Shown here piece after piece: positions 63,379 through 64,000 of a DNA stretch of 64,000 bases (position 1 is the first letter of the stretch; each line of letters starts with the position of its first letter). The position numbers were made by a program, and so were the translations under genes. The notes below the pieces were generated by a model. The model did no database searches, was not told the origin of the DNA, and was given only the letters and a program-made list of their open reading frames with translations. Origin of the DNA: an uncultured Candidatus Binatia bacterium (lineage in GTDB: Bacteria > Desulfobacterota > Binatia > DP-6); contig CAYOIZ010000007.1 of NCBI GenBank assembly GCA_964404165.1, forward strand, positions 86,897 to 150,896, given 5' to 3'.

Positions 63379-64000
63379 ATGGCGCAGGCGACGTACGCGC
63401 TCCTCGATCCCGTCCTCTCGACGACCGATGCCGACGGCATGCTCCGCCTGTGCGAGCGGTTCGGCCCCTACGGCACGTACGCACAGGAGAAGGCCGAGAT
63501 CGAGATCGGCCAGGGTCTGGCGCAGCGGCACGACGCGGTCCAGAACTTCCTGCGATCGGGGGGACGGCTCGGGCGGCCCGAGCCCATCGCGCGTCTCGCC
63601 GCCCGGACCAACTACTTCCGCGAGTCGTACGCGTACGGGGATCGCGTCGTCACGCCGGGCATCGAGCCCTTCCTCCATCATGAGGGCTTCGTCGACGCCG
63701 CGCGCCGCATCCACGGCCTGCCGGTGATCGAGCCGGCCATCGTCTATGCCAACATCCTGCTGCCCGGGCAGGAGCTCGCGGTGCACACCGACGTCCCCGA
63801 ATTCCGAGGCGCCAACCGCACCCGCTTCCCGCAGTGGCTCATGGTGGTGATGCACCACTCCGGGCTCTTCGACGACTGGCGCATGCCCATCGTCACCGCC
63901 GTGTCATGGTTCAACGATTGCCGTGGCGGGGAGTTCGTCTTCTACCCCGACGGCGCCGAGGGCGCCGCGGTGGCACTCCCGGCCAAGCGCAACAGCGCCA
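63379..64000 (+). CDS. Hypothetical protein, possibly Fe(II)/2-oxoglutarate-dependent oxygenase-like (HxD motif); 3' end beyond the window
   Basis: ATG at 63379; the frame stays open to the window end with excellent GC3 codon usage. ...LLPGQELAVHTDVPEF... Not in the ORF track because there is no stop in the window. Confidence 0.55.
   Translation, partial: MAQATYALLDPVLSTTDADGMLRLCERFGPYGTYAQEKAEIEIGQGLAQRHDAVQNFLRSGGRLGRPEPIARLAARTNYFRESYAYGDRVVTPGIEPFLHHEGFVDAARRIHGLPVIEPAIVYANILLPGQELAVHTDVPEFRGANRTRFPQWLMVVMHHSGLFDDWRMPIVTAVSWFNDCRGGEFVFYPDGAEGAAVALPAKRNSA

Overview
64-kb window of a very GC-rich (about 70%) bacterial chromosome. Gene content suggests a Myxococcota/deltaproteobacteria-like organism: TamA/TamB, Myxococcus-type cysteine-rich repeats, a type IV pilin, and tandem RRM RNA-binding proteins. 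I call about 55 coding genes and one tRNA-Glu(UUC). I see no CRISPR array, rRNA, integrase or transposase.

The dominant feature is a paralogous family of at least six very large secreted proteins: a partial copy A at 1..374, B 599..4630, C 6351..9227, E 13420..17136, F 17303..19948 and G 59985..63155. Each has a signal peptide, then a variable N-terminal module (PD40-like beta-propeller or Gly-rich parallel beta-helix), then long tandem arrays of 6-Cys repeats of two classes (A: CxDGNxCTxDxCxPxxGC; B: CGNGxxExGExCDDGNxxxxDGCSxxC). In B, E, F and G, all but A (partial) and C, a conserved, highly basic alpha-helical C-terminal tail of about 100 aa follows an invariant Cys-[RQ]-[VL] junction. 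I cannot assign this tail to any known sorting or anchoring domain, and it is my best candidate for a previously undescribed system. E is translationally coupled to a small secreted beta-helix protein (D), and a TamA/TamB pair lies in the same window.

The rest is largely housekeeping and catabolic genes:
- two thiolases, one paired with a DUF35 protein
- a translationally coupled grxD-bolA pair with a type IV pilin upstream
- a CoA-transferase-rich cluster carrying a fused tandem family III CoA-transferase and an orphan HisKA_3 sensor kinase
- patatin, inorganic pyrophosphatase, a TetR-regulated carotenoid cleavage dioxygenase, citrate synthase, pgl and thiD
- a TetR-MFP-RND efflux operon, an MFS transporter, and two acyl-CoA dehydrogenases
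- a Fdx-FNR-LLM redox module with an enoyl-CoA hydratase and a GST
- two RRM proteins, an FAD-linked oxidase, a short delta-9-like desaturase, gpmA and a Gfo/Idh/MocA oxidoreductase

Nearly every gene is mirrored by a long Ala/Arg/Gly-rich antisense ORF typical of high-GC DNA; I rejected those. ORF starts in the supplied track include GTG/TTG shown as M, and several starts were re-set from family N-termini and RBS context.
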